Source: Gaiellaceae bacterium
Lineage (GTDB): Bacteria > Actinomycetota > Thermoleophilia > Gaiellales > Gaiellaceae
Direction: 5' to 3'
NCBI GenBank assembly: GCA_035532455.1
Contig: DATKRA010000081.1
Span: forward strand, 2,805-66,804
DNA: 64,000 nt
Below the pieces are notes generated by a model. The model made no database searches, was not told the DNA's origin, and saw nothing but the letters and a program-made list of their open reading frames with translations. The translations under genes were made by a program, and so were the position numbers. Below are positions 8,338 through 28,064 of the stretch, piece by piece (within the stretch, counting starts at the first letter, position 1; every line of letters begins with the position of its first letter).

Positions 8338-9083
8338 TGCCCGCGCACGGCAAGCGCTATCTCGGTGCCCGCGCGCTCTTCGATCGCGAGCAGGTCTACT
8401 CGCCGGTCGAGGGCGTCAAGCTCCTGAAGGAGATGGGCGCGGCAAAGTTCGACGAGACGGTCGAGGTGCACTTCCGGCTCGGTCTCAACGTCCGCCACGC
8501 CGACGAGCAGCTGCGCGGCACGCTCATGCTCCCGCACGGCAGCGGCAAGGACGTTCGCGTCGCCGTGTTCGCCGAGGGCGACAAGGCGCGCGAGGCCGAA
8601 GAGGCGGGCGCCGACGTCGTCGGCTCCGCCGATCTCGCGAAGCGGATCGAGGAAGGCTTCATGGACTTCGACGTCGCGATCGCCACGCCGGACCAGATGG
8701 GGAACGTCGGCCGCCTCGGCCGCGTCCTCGGCCCCCGCGGCCTGATGCCGAACCCGAAGACCGGCACCGTGACGATGGACGTCGCCAAGGCCGTCTCCGA
8801 GGCGAAGGCCGGCAAGCTCGAGTACCGCACCGACCGCGGCGCGAACGTCCACGTCGCTATCGGCAAGAAGAGCTTCGAGCACCGCGCCCTCGTCGAGAAC
8901 TACGCGGCCGTGCTCGACGAGATCGTTCGCGCGAAGCCGTCCGCCGCGAAGGGCCGCTACATCCGGCAGATCACGCTCACAAGCACGATGGGTCCCGGCA
9001 TCCGGCTCGACCCGGCCCGGACGAGAGGGATTCTCGAGGAATTGGACGGACAACCGCAGGGCGCAGCTACAGTTCCGGCCTAG
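8337..9083 (+). CDS. rplA: 50S ribosomal protein L1
   Basis: The ATG overlaps the rplK stop (TGATG). MPAHGKRYL...[20 protein letters not shown]...[31 protein letters not shown]. Confidence 0.97.
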   Translation: MPAHGKRYLGARALFDREQVYSPVEGVKLLKEMGAAKFDETVEVHFRLGLNVRHADEQLRGTLMLPHGSGKDVRVAVFAEGDKAREAEEAGADVVGSADLAKRIEEGFMDFDVAIATPDQMGNVGRLGRVLGPRGLMPNPKTGTVTMDVAKAVSEAKAGKLEYRTDRGANVHVAIGKKSFEHRALVENYAAVLDEIVRAKPSAAKGRYIRQITLTSTMGPGIRLDPARTRGILEELDGQPQGAATVPA

Positions 9084-9147
9084 TAGCTGACCCGCCTAAG
9101 ACCGCTGGCAGTCCTCCCTGTGAGGGCAGAAGACCCGCCGAGGTGAG
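9084..9147 (+). promoter_or_regulatory. Candidate L10 (rplJ) leader region
   Basis: 64-nt spacer upstream of rplJ with a small hairpin (CCCT-GTG-AGGG) and SD GAGGTGAG. The call comes only from its position, where L10(L12)4 autoregulatory leaders are known. No covariance check was possible. Confidence 0.25.
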
Positions 9148-9849
9148 ATGAAGAAGGAACAAAAAGAGCAGGTCGTCGAAGAGCTGACCGCGCGCCTGAA
9201 GGCCGCGGAGACGCTTCTCGTTGCCGACTACCGCGGCCTGACGATGCCGCAGATCGACGACCTCCGCTCGCGGCTGCTCTCGAGCGGCGCGCGGTTCACG
9301 GTCGTCAAGAACACGCTTACCCGCCGCGCCGCCGAGGCGGCCGGCGCCGACGCGCTGCTCACGCTGCTCGACGGCCCGAGCGCGATCGCGTTCATCGAGG
9401 CCGACGGCGACATGGTCGCGGCCGCGAAGGCGCTCGCCGACTCGGCCCGCGAGACGAAGGTGCTCGAGATTCGCGGCGGCGTCATGCAGGGCCGCACGAT
9501 GACGGCGGCCGAGGTCGAGAGCCTCGCGACGCTGCCGCCGGTGGATGTGCTCCGCGGCCAGGTGCTCGGCGCGATCATCGCGCCGCTCAGCTCCTTCGCC
9601 GCGCTGCTCAACGCCCCGCTGCAGAACCTCGTCGGGCTGATCGACGCCCGCATCGAGCAGCTCGGCGGCGAGGACGCTCCGGCGGAAGCGGAGCCGGTGG
9701 CCGAGGAGAGCGCGCCGGAGCCGGTCGCTGAAGCTGAGGAGCCGGCTGCGGACGAAGAGCCCGCTGCCGAAGCCGAGGAAGTTGTTGAAGAGAGTGCGGA
9801 GGCTCCCGAGCCGGCCGCGGAAACAGAAGAAAGCGAGGAGAGCGAGTAA
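9148..9849 (+). CDS. rplJ: 50S ribosomal protein L10 with a roughly 60-aa acidic Ala/Glu/Pro C-terminal extension
   Basis: The core ([21 protein letters not shown]...FTVVKNTL) is typical L10. The tail from about 9664 reads [61 protein letters not shown]. Confidence 0.95.
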   Translation: MKKEQKEQVVEELTARLKAAETLLVADYRGLTMPQIDDLRSRLLSSGARFTVVKNTLTRRAAEAAGADALLTLLDGPSAIAFIEADGDMVAAAKALADSARETKVLEIRGGVMQGRTMTAAEVESLATLPPVDVLRGQVLGAIIAPLSSFAALLNAPLQNLVGLIDARIEQLGGEDAPAEAEPVAEESAPEPVAEAEEPAADEEPAAEAEEVVEESAEAPEPAAETEESEESE

Positions 9850-10223
9850 TGGCAGTTGACGCGATCTTCGACGAGCTCGGGAAGATGACCGTCCTCGAGC
9901 TGGTCGAGCTGAAGAACAAGATCGAAGAGGAGTGGGGCATCACCGCCGCCGCTCCGGTTGCGGTCGCTGCTGCCGGCGGGGGCGCTGCTCCGGCCGAGGC
10001 AGCCGAGGAGAAGACGTCCTTCGACGTCGTCCTCACCGAGGCCGGCGGCCAGAAGATCCAGGTGATCAAGGTCGTCCGGGCCATCACCGGCCTCGGCCTC
10101 AAGGAGGCGAAGGACCTCGTCGACTCGGCACCGAAGCCGGTCAAGGAGGGCATCGCCCAGGACGAGGCCAACTCGATCAAGGCGCAGCTCGAAGAAGCCG
10201 GCGCAACGGTCGAGCTGAAGTAG
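9849..10223 (+). CDS. rplL: 50S ribosomal protein L7/L12
   Basis: TAATG overlap with rplJ. ...[19 protein letters not shown]...[34 protein letters not shown]...[10 protein letters not shown]. Confidence 0.97.
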   Translation: MAVDAIFDELGKMTVLELVELKNKIEEEWGITAAAPVAVAAAGGGAAPAEAAEEKTSFDVVLTEAGGQKIQVIKVVRAITGLGLKEAKDLVDSAPKPVKEGIAQDEANSIKAQLEEAGATVELK

Positions 10224-10239
10224 CGCGGCGCGAACGACT

Positions 10240-10269
10240 GGTGCCTGCCACCCAAGGGTGGCAGGCACC
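10240..10269 (+). terminator. Stem-loop after rplL (13-bp stem, CAAG loop), no U-tract
   Basis: GGTGCCTGCCACC-CAAG-GGTGGCAGGCACC, located 17 nt after the rplL stop. It belongs to the repeated element also found after rpoC. Confidence 0.5.
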
Positions 10270-10453
10270 TGCCTCTGTTCTTGCGCTACAGTTCTGGCCG
10301 CATACCGGCTTCTGCCGCGCGTCAGCTTGCGGTGGGAGAGGTTCTTCCGGTACTCTGGCTGGTTGCGCCATGCTTAGGCTGCGCGCAGCCCGCTCGTTGC
10401 ACTGACGCCGTTTACTTGCCGAATTTCGCACGTCCCAAGGGAGGCTGTTCTTC

Positions 10454-14146
<3,693 letters not shown>

Positions 14147-14184
14147 GCCGTGTTCGATTTTTCCGAAGGGACTGAGGAGAAGCA

Positions 14185-18753
<4,569 letters not shown>

Positions 18754-18768
18754 CACTGTCGAACGACT

Positions 18769-18801
18769 GGTGCCTGCTACCGCGTAGCGGTAGCAGGCAT
18801 C
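18769..18801 (+). terminator. Stem-loop after rpoC (13-15-bp stem, GTA loop), no U-tract
   Basis: (GG)TGCCTGCTACCGC-GTA-GCGGTAGCAGGCA(TC), located 15 nt after the rpoC stop. The next ORF starts only 18 nt downstream, so it may be a processing or stability element rather than a full terminator. Confidence 0.45.
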
Positions 18802-18818
18802 TGCTACACCACCGCGGC

Positions 18819-20582
18819 ATGGCAAAGCTTGGACTCGCCTTGCTCGCCGCGTTCGCGGTGTCCCTCCTCACGGTGGGCCCCGCAGCCTCGGAGCCGGCGT
18901 GGGCCGGTCAGTGCGGGATCCCCGCCGACCGGACGGTCTGGGCGGACTACAGCTGGTCGACGCTCCTGCCGGTCATGGCGCGTCCCGGGACCGTCCTCGC
19001 GCTCACGAACGGCAACGGCACGACCGACTACTCGGCCCAGGCACGCGCTCTCGGCGCCGCGACGTACTCGTTCGACGTCCACTTGAAGCGAAAGGTCGGA
19101 ACGCCGGACGCGCCGGCGGATCCGGCGACGATCGCAGCCGCCGCGCAGACGCAGTACGCGTCGGCAGTCGGCCGGAGCGGCGGCTGCTCATCGCCGCTCG
19201 TTGTCGAGAACGAGCTGTGGGGCGCCGCGACCGTGACCCCGTGGTCGGCGTCGAACGCCCAGTACCGGGCCGATGTGCTCGCGTACCTCCAGGATCTCGC
19301 CCAGCTCGGCGCGCACCCGGTTCTGTTGCTGGGGCGCTCGGCATACCTCGGCTCTCCCGAGGCGGTCTCCTGGTGGCTCCAGGTGGCGCAGGTGGCCGAC
19401 ATCGTCCGGGAGGCGTACGTTCCGGCGAGCCTGGTCTGGAAGCTCGGGCCGGTGCTCGGCAATCGCCTCCTACGCGAGCGCTACCGCGCGGCGGTCGCGC
19501 AGTTCATGGCCATCGGCATCCCCGCGAGCCGGCTCGGGATCATGGTCAGCGTCCTCTCCCAGAAGGGCGGCGGCGGGCGCAGCGGCCTCGAGCCGACGTC
19601 GGCGTGGCTCCAGGTCGTGAAGTGGTACGCGCTGTCGGCGAAGGAGGTCGCGCGCGAGTTCGGGCTCGGCTCCGTCTTCTCGTGGGGCTGGCAGCAGTGG
19701 AATCCGGTAGAGGTGGACCCGACCAAGCCGGAAGCGGCCTGTGTCTGGCTCTGGGCGCGGCGAGGTAGCCTGTGCGACGGGCGCAAGGTGCTCGGCGCCG
19801 GCGGTGCGTCGCGGAGCGCCGGCCAGATCTCGCTTTCCGCCGGAACGTTCTGCAAGGTGGCCGGCTACGGGAGGGTCGAAACGGCGTCGGTCACGCGGCT
19901 CACGCCGGTCACGGGCGACCAGAATGCCGCGCTGAGCATCCTCTTCGAGCGCCTCGTCGAGGAGCAGCACGCCGGCGCTTCGAGGAGCGCGGTCCTCGCC
20001 GCGGAACGAGAAGTCGTCGCCCAGTCGTTCGGCGGCAGCCGTGCCGCGTACCTCGCCGCGCTCGCGCAGGCGCACCTCGGCGTCGCCGCAGCGAGATCCC
20101 TGCTCGCCGATGAGATTCGTCGCGCCGAGCTCGAGCAGAAGCAGGACGTCCTCGCGCCGAAGCCGTCCGCGGTCTCGAGCTTCTACCAGGCGTACCCGCA
20201 GCTCCTCGTCCGCCGCGTCCGCGTGTCGCCGGCGGCTCCGTGGCTCGGCGGCGCGCGTGACGGCTACGCGGTCTCCGGGACGGCACCGGCGGCTGTCTTC
20301 TCAGTTCCAGCCGGCCGGACGTCCAGAGTCGAGACCCTGCTCGGGACCTACACGGTGCGGCCGGCGAGGGCGCCCGTCACGCTCGAGTCGCTGCCGATCG
20401 GCGTGGTGCGTGCCGCAATCGCCTCCTCGCTGGAGAGCTTCGAGCGCGCGCAGGCGTTCGAGCGCTCGACGATCGCCGAGCAAAGCCGCGCGCAGGACGT
20501 CGCGATCTGCCGCGCCGACGATCTCCCCGAGCCGGCCGCGGTCGACTTCGGGCAGTACGTCCCGTTTCTCGCGGTGCAGTAA
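18819..20582 (+). CDS. Secreted protein of unknown function (587 aa)
   Basis: Internal ATG at 18819 of ORF 17658..20582. Signal peptide MAKLGLALLAAFAVSLLTVGPAASEP. The N-terminal half has a glycoside-hydrolase-like VVENELWG motif (weak). The C-terminal half is helical and resembles a SurA/PrsA-type chaperone N-domain (weak). Confidence 0.7.
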   Translation: MAKLGLALLAAFAVSLLTVGPAASEPAWAGQCGIPADRTVWADYSWSTLLPVMARPGTVLALTNGNGTTDYSAQARALGAATYSFDVHLKRKVGTPDAPADPATIAAAAQTQYASAVGRSGGCSSPLVVENELWGAATVTPWSASNAQYRADVLAYLQDLAQLGAHPVLLLGRSAYLGSPEAVSWWLQVAQVADIVREAYVPASLVWKLGPVLGNRLLRERYRAAVAQFMAIGIPASRLGIMVSVLSQKGGGGRSGLEPTSAWLQVVKWYALSAKEVAREFGLGSVFSWGWQQWNPVEVDPTKPEAACVWLWARRGSLCDGRKVLGAGGASRSAGQISLSAGTFCKVAGYGRVETASVTRLTPVTGDQNAALSILFERLVEEQHAGASRSAVLAAEREVVAQSFGGSRAAYLAALAQAHLGVAAARSLLADEIRRAELEQKQDVLAPKPSAVSSFYQAYPQLLVRRVRVSPAAPWLGGARDGYAVSGTAPAAVFSVPAGRTSRVETLLGTYTVRPARAPVTLESLPIGVVRAAIASSLESFERAQAFERSTIAEQSRAQDVAICRADDLPEPAAVDFGQYVPFLAVQ

Positions 20583-20589
20583 CGACTGA

Positions 20590-21729
20590 CTACTCGGCGG
20601 CCGCGAGCCCGCCGCCGCCCTTACGCATCTGCTTGACGGCGTAGAGCGACTGGTCGGCCCGCTCGAACAGGCTCGTGGAGTCGTCGTTCGGCTGCAGCTC
20701 CGCGAAACCGGCCGAGACGCGCATGTGCCCCGCGCGCGCGATCGGCCGCGCGATGACCGCCTGCTCGATCCGGGTCACCAGCCGTTCCGCGTCGGCGAGC
20801 CGCGACTCCGGAAGGATCAGACCGAGCTCGTCCCCGCCGATGCGGCAGGGGATGTCGGACTCGCGCACGGCCTCGCGCACGCGTTCGGCGACCTCGGCGA
20901 GCGCTCCGTCGCCGGCGAGATGGCCGATCCGGTCGTTGACCCCCTTGAAATCGTCGATGTCGACGATCACGAGAGCGAGACCGCGCGAGTACCGATGCGC
21001 GCGCGCCACCTCGCGCGCGAGCGTCTCGTGGAAATAGCGGCGGTTGTGAAGGCCCGTGAGCGCGTCGAGGTCGGCGAGCTGGCGCGCCTCCTGGAAGCGC
21101 CGTGCGTTCTCGAGGGCGGGCGCGACCCGTTCGGCGAGCTCTTCGGCCCGGCGCAGGTCGTCGTCGCCGAACCGTGCCGCAGGGTCGCGGGAGAAGATCC
21201 CGAGCCAGCCGACTCCGCCGGAGCTGTCGGCGAGCGGAACGCCGAGCGCGGCGTGGATCACTCCCTCGGCCGGCTCCGGGTAGCGGTACGAGAGCTCGAC
21301 TGCGCGTGCTCCCCATCCCGCAGGCTGCCCGAAGAACGACGTCGCATCAGGCTGGTCGCTGCCGAAGCCCCGGGAACCGACGATCGGCTTCTCGTCGCCG
21401 CCTCCGTCGAGCCGCACGAGGGCGGCGTCGACCCGCGGCAGCGCCACGGCGGCGTCGAGCGTGGTCTCGAGGACGTGGTCGAGGTCGACCGTCGTCCCGA
21501 TCTGGTTGAGGAACCGGCTGCGCTGCGTCTCCTCCTCGGCGCGCCGCACGCTCTCCTGCAGTTCCCATGCCAGCTCCTCCATCCGCGCTTCGAGATTCGC
21601 GACCGCCGTGGCCGGTGCAACCTGGGCGATCTGCGGTGCGTGACGGTGCCTCGTGCGGCGCACGAGGACGACGATTGCGACCAGGCAGAGGGCGAGGGCT
21701 ACGGCGAGTGCCGCGATAAGGAGATGCAT
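20590..21729 (-). CDS. Membrane-anchored GAF-GGDEF diguanylate cyclase (GGDEL variant, I-site present)
   Basis: Start chosen at MHLLIAALAVALALCLVAIVV (TM helix). The longer ORF to 22158 runs antisense into rpsL. GAF-like middle domain. GGDEF domain LTGLHNRRYF...DIDDFKGVNDRIGHLAGD...RESDIPCRIGGDELGLIL (RxxD lies 5 residues before GGDEL). Confidence 0.8.
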   Translation of the reverse strand: MHLLIAALAVALALCLVAIVVLVRRTRHRHAPQIAQVAPATAVANLEARMEELAWELQESVRRAEEETQRSRFLNQIGTTVDLDHVLETTLDAAVALPRVDAALVRLDGGGDEKPIVGSRGFGSDQPDATSFFGQPAGWGARAVELSYRYPEPAEGVIHAALGVPLADSSGGVGWLGIFSRDPAARFGDDDLRRAEELAERVAPALENARRFQEARQLADLDALTGLHNRRYFHETLAREVARAHRYSRGLALVIVDIDDFKGVNDRIGHLAGDGALAEVAERVREAVRESDIPCRIGGDELGLILPESRLADAERLVTRIEQAVIARPIARAGHMRVSAGFAELQPNDDSTSLFERADQSLYAVKQMRKGGGGLAAAE

Positions 21730-21927
21730 CGGCACGGGACTGTAATCCTCTATCGGCTCCTCCACCACCCCCCACAGGGGGTCGGGGCCGCGAAACGGCT
21801 TGTGGCGACGGCTGCGCGCGTTCGCTACCATGCCGCGGGCCGGTTGGCAGGGGGCAATTCGCCTCCGCCGACCGTCTCTTTTGTGAAGACCGTGCTTTTT
21901 TGACGTAGGGGAGTAGACGAAAGACCC

Positions 21928-22299
21928 ATGCCGACCGTTAATCAACTCGTGCGCAAGGGCCGCAAGGCCCCCCAGGCCAAGACGAAGACGCCTGCGCTCG
22001 CCGGTGCTCCGCAGAAGCGGGGCGTCTGCACGCGCGTCATGACGCAGACGCCGAAGAAGCCGAACTCGGCGCTGCGCAAGGTTGCACGCGTTCGTCTCAC
22101 AAACGGCGCTGAGGTCGGTGCCTACATCCCCGGCGAGGGCCACAACCTCCAGGAGCACTCCGTCGTGCTCGTGCGTGGCGGCCGCGTCAAGGATCTTCCG
22201 GGCTATCGCTACAAGGTGATCCGCGCCGCGCTCGACACGGGCGGCGTCGCCGATCGCAAGCAGGCGCGCTCGAAGTACGGCGCGAAGAGGGGCTCGTAA
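21928..22299 (+). CDS. rpsL: 30S ribosomal protein S12
   Basis: [24 protein letters not shown]...[19 protein letters not shown]. Confidence 0.98.
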   Translation: MPTVNQLVRKGRKAPQAKTKTPALAGAPQKRGVCTRVMTQTPKKPNSALRKVARVRLTNGAEVGAYIPGEGHNLQEHSVVLVRGGRVKDLPGYRYKVIRAALDTGGVADRKQARSKYGAKRGS

Positions 22300-22769
22300 T
22301 GCCTCGCCGTGGTGAAGTCCAGGCCCGCGAGGCCCCTGCGGACTCGGTCTACGGGTCCGTCCTCGTGACGCAGGTGATCAACAAGATCATGCTCGACGGC
22401 AAGAAGTCGATCGCCGAGCAGATCGTCTACGACGCGCTCGGCGCCGTCGAGGCGAAGACCGGCCGGCCTCCGGTTGAGGTGCTCGAGCAGGCGGTGAAGA
22501 CGCTCACACCGGTTCTCGAGGTGCGCAGTCGCCGCGTCGGCGGCGCGAACTACCAGGTGCCCGTCGAGGTGCCGCAGCGCCGCGCCCGCACGCTCGCCGT
22601 CCGCTGGCTCGTGACGTATGCGCGCGACCGGCGCGAGAAGAGCATGTCCGACAAGCTCGCCAACGAGATTCTCGACGCGCTGAACCAGCAGGGCGCGGCA
22701 TACAAGCGAAAGGACGACGTCTACCGGATGGCGCAGGCCAACAAGGCCTTTGCGCACTACCGCTGGTAG
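22299..22769 (+). CDS. rpsG: 30S ribosomal protein S7
   Basis: TAATG overlap with rps[21 protein letters not shown]...[19 protein letters not shown]...[23 protein letters not shown]. Confidence 0.98.
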   Translation: MPRRGEVQAREAPADSVYGSVLVTQVINKIMLDGKKSIAEQIVYDALGAVEAKTGRPPVEVLEQAVKTLTPVLEVRSRRVGGANYQVPVEVPQRRARTLAVRWLVTYARDRREKSMSDKLANEILDALNQQGAAYKRKDDVYRMAQANKAFAHYRW

Positions 22770-22797
22770 GCGAGGGGGAAAGGATTTGAGCACCAAA

Positions 22798-24888
22798 ATG
22801 TCAGAACATCCGGCAGTCGCGCTCGAGCGCGTCCGCAACATCGGGATCATGGCCCACATCGACGCGGGCAAGACGACGACGACCGAGCGGATCCTCTACT
22901 ACACGGGCCGAACCCACAAGATGGGCGAGGTCCACGAGGGCGCCGCGACGATGGACTGGATGGCGCAGGAGCAGGAGCGCGGCATCACGATCACGTCCGC
23001 TGCCACGACGGCGTTCTGGCGCGACCATCGGATCAACATCATCGATACGCCCGGGCACGTGGACTTCACCGTCGAGGTGGAGCGCAGCCTGCGCGTCCTC
23101 GACGGCGCGGTCGCCGTGTTCGACGCGGTCGCCGGTGTGCAGCCGCAGTCCGAGACGGTCTGGCGGCAGGCGGACAAGTACAAGGTGCCGCGGATCGCGT
23201 TCATCAACAAGATGGACCGCACCGGCGCGAACTTCTTCGCCTCCGTGCAGTCGATGGTCGACCGCCTCGGCGCCAACCCGGTGCCCGTGCAGCTCCCGAT
23301 CGGCGCGGAGGAGAACTTCGCCGGCGTCATCGATCTCATCGAGATGCAGGCGATCGTCTACAAGGACGACCTCGGCCAGGAGTTCGAGACGACCGACATT
23401 CCCGCCGAGTTCGCGGAGCAGGCGCACGAGTACCACCATCAGATGGTCGACGCGATCTCGCACTTCGACGACGAGGTGCTCGAGGCGTACATCGAGGACG
23501 AGTCCTCGGTCACGGCCGACATGATCCGCCGCGCGGTTCGCGCCGCCACCATTGCCGACGAGATCACGCCCGTCCTCCTCGGCTCCGCCTTCAAGAACAA
23601 GGGCGTGCAGCCGCTCCTCGACGCCGTCATCGACTTTCTCCCGAACCCGCTCGATGTGCCGCCGATGATCGGCATCGATCCGAAGACGGGCGCCGAGATC
23701 GAGCGCCTGCCCTCGCCCGAGCAGCCGTTCTCCGCCCTCGCCTTCAAGGTGATGTCGGATCCGTTCGTCGGCAAGCTGACGTACTTCCGCGTCTACTCCG
23801 GCACGCTCAAGGCGGGCGACCGCGTCCTCAACACGATCACCGGCAAGACCGAGCGCGTCAGCCGCATCCTCCAGATGCACGCGAACCACCGCGAGGAGCG
23901 CGACTCGATCATGGCGGGCGAGATCGCCGCTGGCGTCGGCCTCAAGGCTACGACGACCGGCGACACGCTCTCGGCCGAGAACGCCCCGATCGTGCTCGAG
24001 TCGATGACGTTCCCCGATCCGGTCATCTCCGTGGCGGTCGAGCCGAAGTCGAAGGCCGACCAGGACAAGCTCGGCACCGGCCTGCAGCGCCTCGCCGAGG
24101 AGGATCCGACCTTCCGCGTCTCGTCGGACGAGGAGACGGGGCAGACGCTCATCTCCGGGATGGGCGAGCTGCACCTCGAGATCATCGTCGACCGCCTCAA
24201 GCGCGAGTTCAACGTCGAGGCCAACGTCGGCCGCCCGCAGGTCGCCTACCGCGAGACCGCAGGCAGGGACGTGGAGAACATCCGCGAGAAGTTCGTCCGC
24301 CAGACCGGCGGCTCGGGCCAGTACGCGGACGTGGTCATCAACCTTCGGGCACAGGAGCCCGGCGCGGGGTACGAGTTCAGCGACAAGATCACCGGCGGCA
24401 AGATCCCGAAGGAGTACATCCCCGCGGTCGACGCCGGCATCAAGGAAGCGATGGACGCGGGCGTGCTCGCGGGCTATCCCGTCGTCGACATCGCGATCGA
24501 GCTGGTCGATGGCTCGTACCACGAGGTCGACTCGAGCGAGCGGGCGTTCAAGATCGCCGGCTCGATTGCTTTCAAGGAGGCCCTCAAGCGCTCCAAGCCC
24601 AAGCTGCTCGAGCCGATGATGGCCGTCGAGGTGACGACGCCGGAGAACTACCTCGGCGACGTGATGGGTAACCTCAACAGCCGCCGCGGCCGCATCGAGT
24701 CAATGACGCCCCTGGGCAACGCGCAGGTCGTCAAGGCACTCGTGCCTCTGTCGGAGATGTTCGGATACTCGACCGACCTGCGTTCGATGACGCAGGGCCG
24801 GGCCGACTTCCACATGGACTTCGATCGGTACGAGGAAGTTCCGCAGTCAATCGCCTCCGAGCTCATCGACTCGGGCTCAAGTAAGTAA
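22798..24888 (+). CDS. fusA: Elongation factor G
   Basis: ATG at 22798 gives [43 protein letters not shown] and NKMD motifs. An in-frame TTG at 22786 is a less likely alternative start. Confidence 0.97.
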   Translation: MSEHPAVALERVRNIGIMAHIDAGKTTTTERILYYTGRTHKMGEVHEGAATMDWMAQEQERGITITSAATTAFWRDHRINIIDTPGHVDFTVEVERSLRVLDGAVAVFDAVAGVQPQSETVWRQADKYKVPRIAFINKMDRTGANFFASVQSMVDRLGANPVPVQLPIGAEENFAGVIDLIEMQAIVYKDDLGQEFETTDIPAEFAEQAHEYHHQMVDAISHFDDEVLEAYIEDESSVTADMIRRAVRAATIADEITPVLLGSAFKNKGVQPLLDAVIDFLPNPLDVPPMIGIDPKTGAEIERLPSPEQPFSALAFKVMSDPFVGKLTYFRVYSGTLKAGDRVLNTITGKTERVSRILQMHANHREERDSIMAGEIAAGVGLKATTTGDTLSAENAPIVLESMTFPDPVISVAVEPKSKADQDKLGTGLQRLAEEDPTFRVSSDEETGQTLISGMGELHLEIIVDRLKREFNVEANVGRPQVAYRETAGRDVENIREKFVRQTGGSGQYADVVINLRAQEPGAGYEFSDKITGGKIPKEYIPAVDAGIKEAMDAGVLAGYPVVDIAIELVDGSYHEVDSSERAFKIAGSIAFKEALKRSKPKLLEPMMAVEVTTPENYLGDVMGNLNSRRGRIESMTPLGNAQVVKALVPLSEMFGYSTDLRSMTQGRADFHMDFDRYEEVPQSIASELIDSGSSK

Positions 24889-24915
24889 GACCGGAGAGGA
24901 GACCAGGAGCCACCA

Positions 24916-26106
<1,191 letters not shown>

Positions 26107-26124
26107 GAATGGAGTAGGGGCACC

Positions 26125-26433
26125 GTGGCGCAACAGAAAATCCGCATCAGGCTCAAGGGTTACGACCACCAGCAGGTGGACAAGTCCGCGCGCGACATCG
26201 TGGACACGGCCCAGCGCACCGGTGCGACCATCACCGGCCCGGTGCCCCTGCCCACCGAGAAGAACGTCTACTGCGTGATCCGGTCACCGTTCAAGGACAA
26301 GGACTCGCGGGAGCACTTCGAAGTGCGCACGCACAAGCGGCTGATCGACATCCACTCACCCACGCCGAAGACGGTCGACTCGCTCATGCGGCTCGACCTC
26401 CCGGCCGGCGTCGACATCGAGATCAAGCTCTGA
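26125..26433 (+). CDS. rpsJ: 30S ribosomal protein S10
   Basis: GTG start. [34 protein letters not shown]...[12 protein letters not shown]. Confidence 0.97.
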   Translation: MAQQKIRIRLKGYDHQQVDKSARDIVDTAQRTGATITGPVPLPTEKNVYCVIRSPFKDKDSREHFEVRTHKRLIDIHSPTPKTVDSLMRLDLPAGVDIEIKL

Positions 26434-26434
26434 C

Positions 26435-26533
26435 ATGAAGGGCATCCTCGGCAATACGACGGTGGCTACCACGAGGTGGGAACGAAACCTTGTGGCCGCC
26501 GAGGTGGTGGCCTAGATGAAGGGCATCGTCGGC
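26435..26533 (+). repeat. Direct duplication of the rplC start (17/18 nt) bracketing a 63-nt insert; the first copy opens a 26-codon mini-ORF ending TAG directly before the rplC ATG
   Basis: 26435-26452 ATGAAGGGCATCCTCGGC versus 26516-26533 ATGAAGGGCATCGTCGGC. The mini-ORF 26435-26515 encodes [26 protein letters not shown] and is in frame with rplC. Confidence 0.8.
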
Positions 26534-27142
26534 CGCAAGGTAGGGATGACGCAGCTCTTCGATGCGGAGAGCGGCACGGTGACCCCGGTCACCGTGATCG
26601 AGGCCGGCCCGTGCCCCGTCGTCGCCGTCCGCACTCCGGACGCCGACGGCTACGAGGCCGTCCAGCTCGCGTGGGAGCCGGTCGCCGACCGCAAGATCTC
26701 GAAGGCCGAGCGCGGCCACCTCGCGAAGTCGGGCGTCGACGGCGCCTACCGGCACCTGGTCGAGTTCCGCGGCCACTTCGCCGAAGCCGTCCAGGGTGAG
26801 AGCGTCACCGTCGAGCTCTTCCAGTCCGGCGACAAGGTGAAGGTCAGCGGGATCGGGATCGGCAAGGGCTTCCAGGGCACGATCAAGCGCCACAACTTCG
26901 CCCGCGGCCCGGTCACGCACGGCTCGCACAACATCCGCAAGCCGGGCTCGATCGGCGCGTCCGCGTACCCGTCGCGCGTCTTCAAGGGCATGAAGATGGC
27001 CGGCCGGATGGGCGGCAAGCGCGTCACCCAGACCGGGCTCACCGTCCACTCGGTCGATCTGGAGCGGAACCTCCTGCTCGTCAAGGGCGCGATTCCGGGC
27101 CCGAAAAACGGATTGGTCGAGATCCGGGAGATGAAGTCGTAA
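26516..27142 (+). CDS. rplC: 50S ribosomal protein L3
   Basis: [33 protein letters not shown]...; SD GAGGTG lies 9 nt upstream. Confidence 0.95.
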   Translation: MKGIVGRKVGMTQLFDAESGTVTPVTVIEAGPCPVVAVRTPDADGYEAVQLAWEPVADRKISKAERGHLAKSGVDGAYRHLVEFRGHFAEAVQGESVTVELFQSGDKVKVSGIGIGKGFQGTIKRHNFARGPVTHGSHNIRKPGSIGASAYPSRVFKGMKMAGRMGGKRVTQTGLTVHSVDLERNLLLVKGAIPGPKNGLVEIREMKS

Positions 27143-27771
27143 TGGCCGCGCCGAAGGCACCCGTTCTGGGCGGCACGAAGAAGGAGGTCTCGCTCGACGA
27201 GACCGTCTTCGCCGCCGAGGTCAAGCCGCATCTCGTGCACGAGGCCGTGCGCGCCGAGCTGAACGCAGCCCGTCAGGGCACGCGCGCAGCGAAGAGCCGC
27301 GGCATGGTCTCCGGCGGCCGCGCGAAGCCGTGGCGCCAGAAGGGCACCGGCCGCGCCCGCGCGGGAACCGTCCGCGCGCCGCAGTTCACCGGCGGCGGCG
27401 TCGTCTTCCCGCCGAGCCCGCGCGACTTCTCGGTCAAGGTCAACAAGAAAGCCATGCGCGCCGCGCTGCGTGCCGCGCTGAGCGACCACGCCCAGGCCGA
27501 GACGCTCGGCCTCGTCGCCGGCGACTCGTTCGAACAGCCGTCGACGAAGCAGGCCGTCGAGCTCCTCGCCAAGTGGGGTCAGCAGACGCCGACCGTGCTC
27601 GTCGTGACGGAGGACGAGGAGTCGCTCATCAAGTCGTTCCGCAACCTCGAGGGCGTACTCATCACCGTTCCGGCCGAGCTCGAGGTCGCGCAGGTCGTCT
27701 GGGCGCGCTCGCTCGTCGTGAGCGAAGCCGCACTGCCGCTCGTACGGGCGAAAGCAGGGGTGAGCGAGTGA
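27142..27771 (+). CDS. rplD: 50S ribosomal protein L4
   Basis: TAATG overlap. ...[42 protein letters not shown]. Confidence 0.97.
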   Translation: MAAPKAPVLGGTKKEVSLDETVFAAEVKPHLVHEAVRAELNAARQGTRAAKSRGMVSGGRAKPWRQKGTGRARAGTVRAPQFTGGGVVFPPSPRDFSVKVNKKAMRAALRAALSDHAQAETLGLVAGDSFEQPSTKQAVELLAKWGQQTPTVLVVTEDEESLIKSFRNLEGVLITVPAELEVAQVVWARSLVVSEAALPLVRAKAGVSE

Positions 27772-28064
27772 GCCTTCATCCCGCACAAGTCCTCATCTCG
27801 CCCGTCGTGAGCGAGAAGAGCTACGGCCAGATCGTCGAGAACCGCTACACGTTCAAGGTGCACAAGGACGCGCACAAGACGCAGATCCGGCAGGCGGTCG
27901 AGCAGCTCTTCGACGTCCACGTCGTCGCGGTCAACGTCATCAAGGTGCAGTCGAAGCCGAAGCGGCGCGGCCTGATCAAGGGCACGCGCTCCGGCTGGAA
28001 GAAGGCGATCGTCGAGGTCAAGGCCGGCGAGAAGATCGACATCTTCGAAGGAGCGCAGTTGTAA
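27768..28064 (+). CDS. rplW: 50S ribosomal protein L23
   Basis: The GTG at 27768 overlaps the rplD stop (GTGA). [48 protein letters not shown]. Confidence 0.93.
   Translation: MSLHPAQVLISPVVSEKSYGQIVENRYTFKVHKDAHKTQIRQAVEQLFDVHVVAVNVIKVQSKPKRRGLIKGTRSGWKKAIVEVKAGEKIDIFEGAQL

Noticed and set aside
20581-20600. Third copy of the rplL/rpoC hairpin element after the secreted-protein gene (GTAACGACTGAC)
   Set aside because: Only 8 nt (AACGACTG) match and no stem follows.
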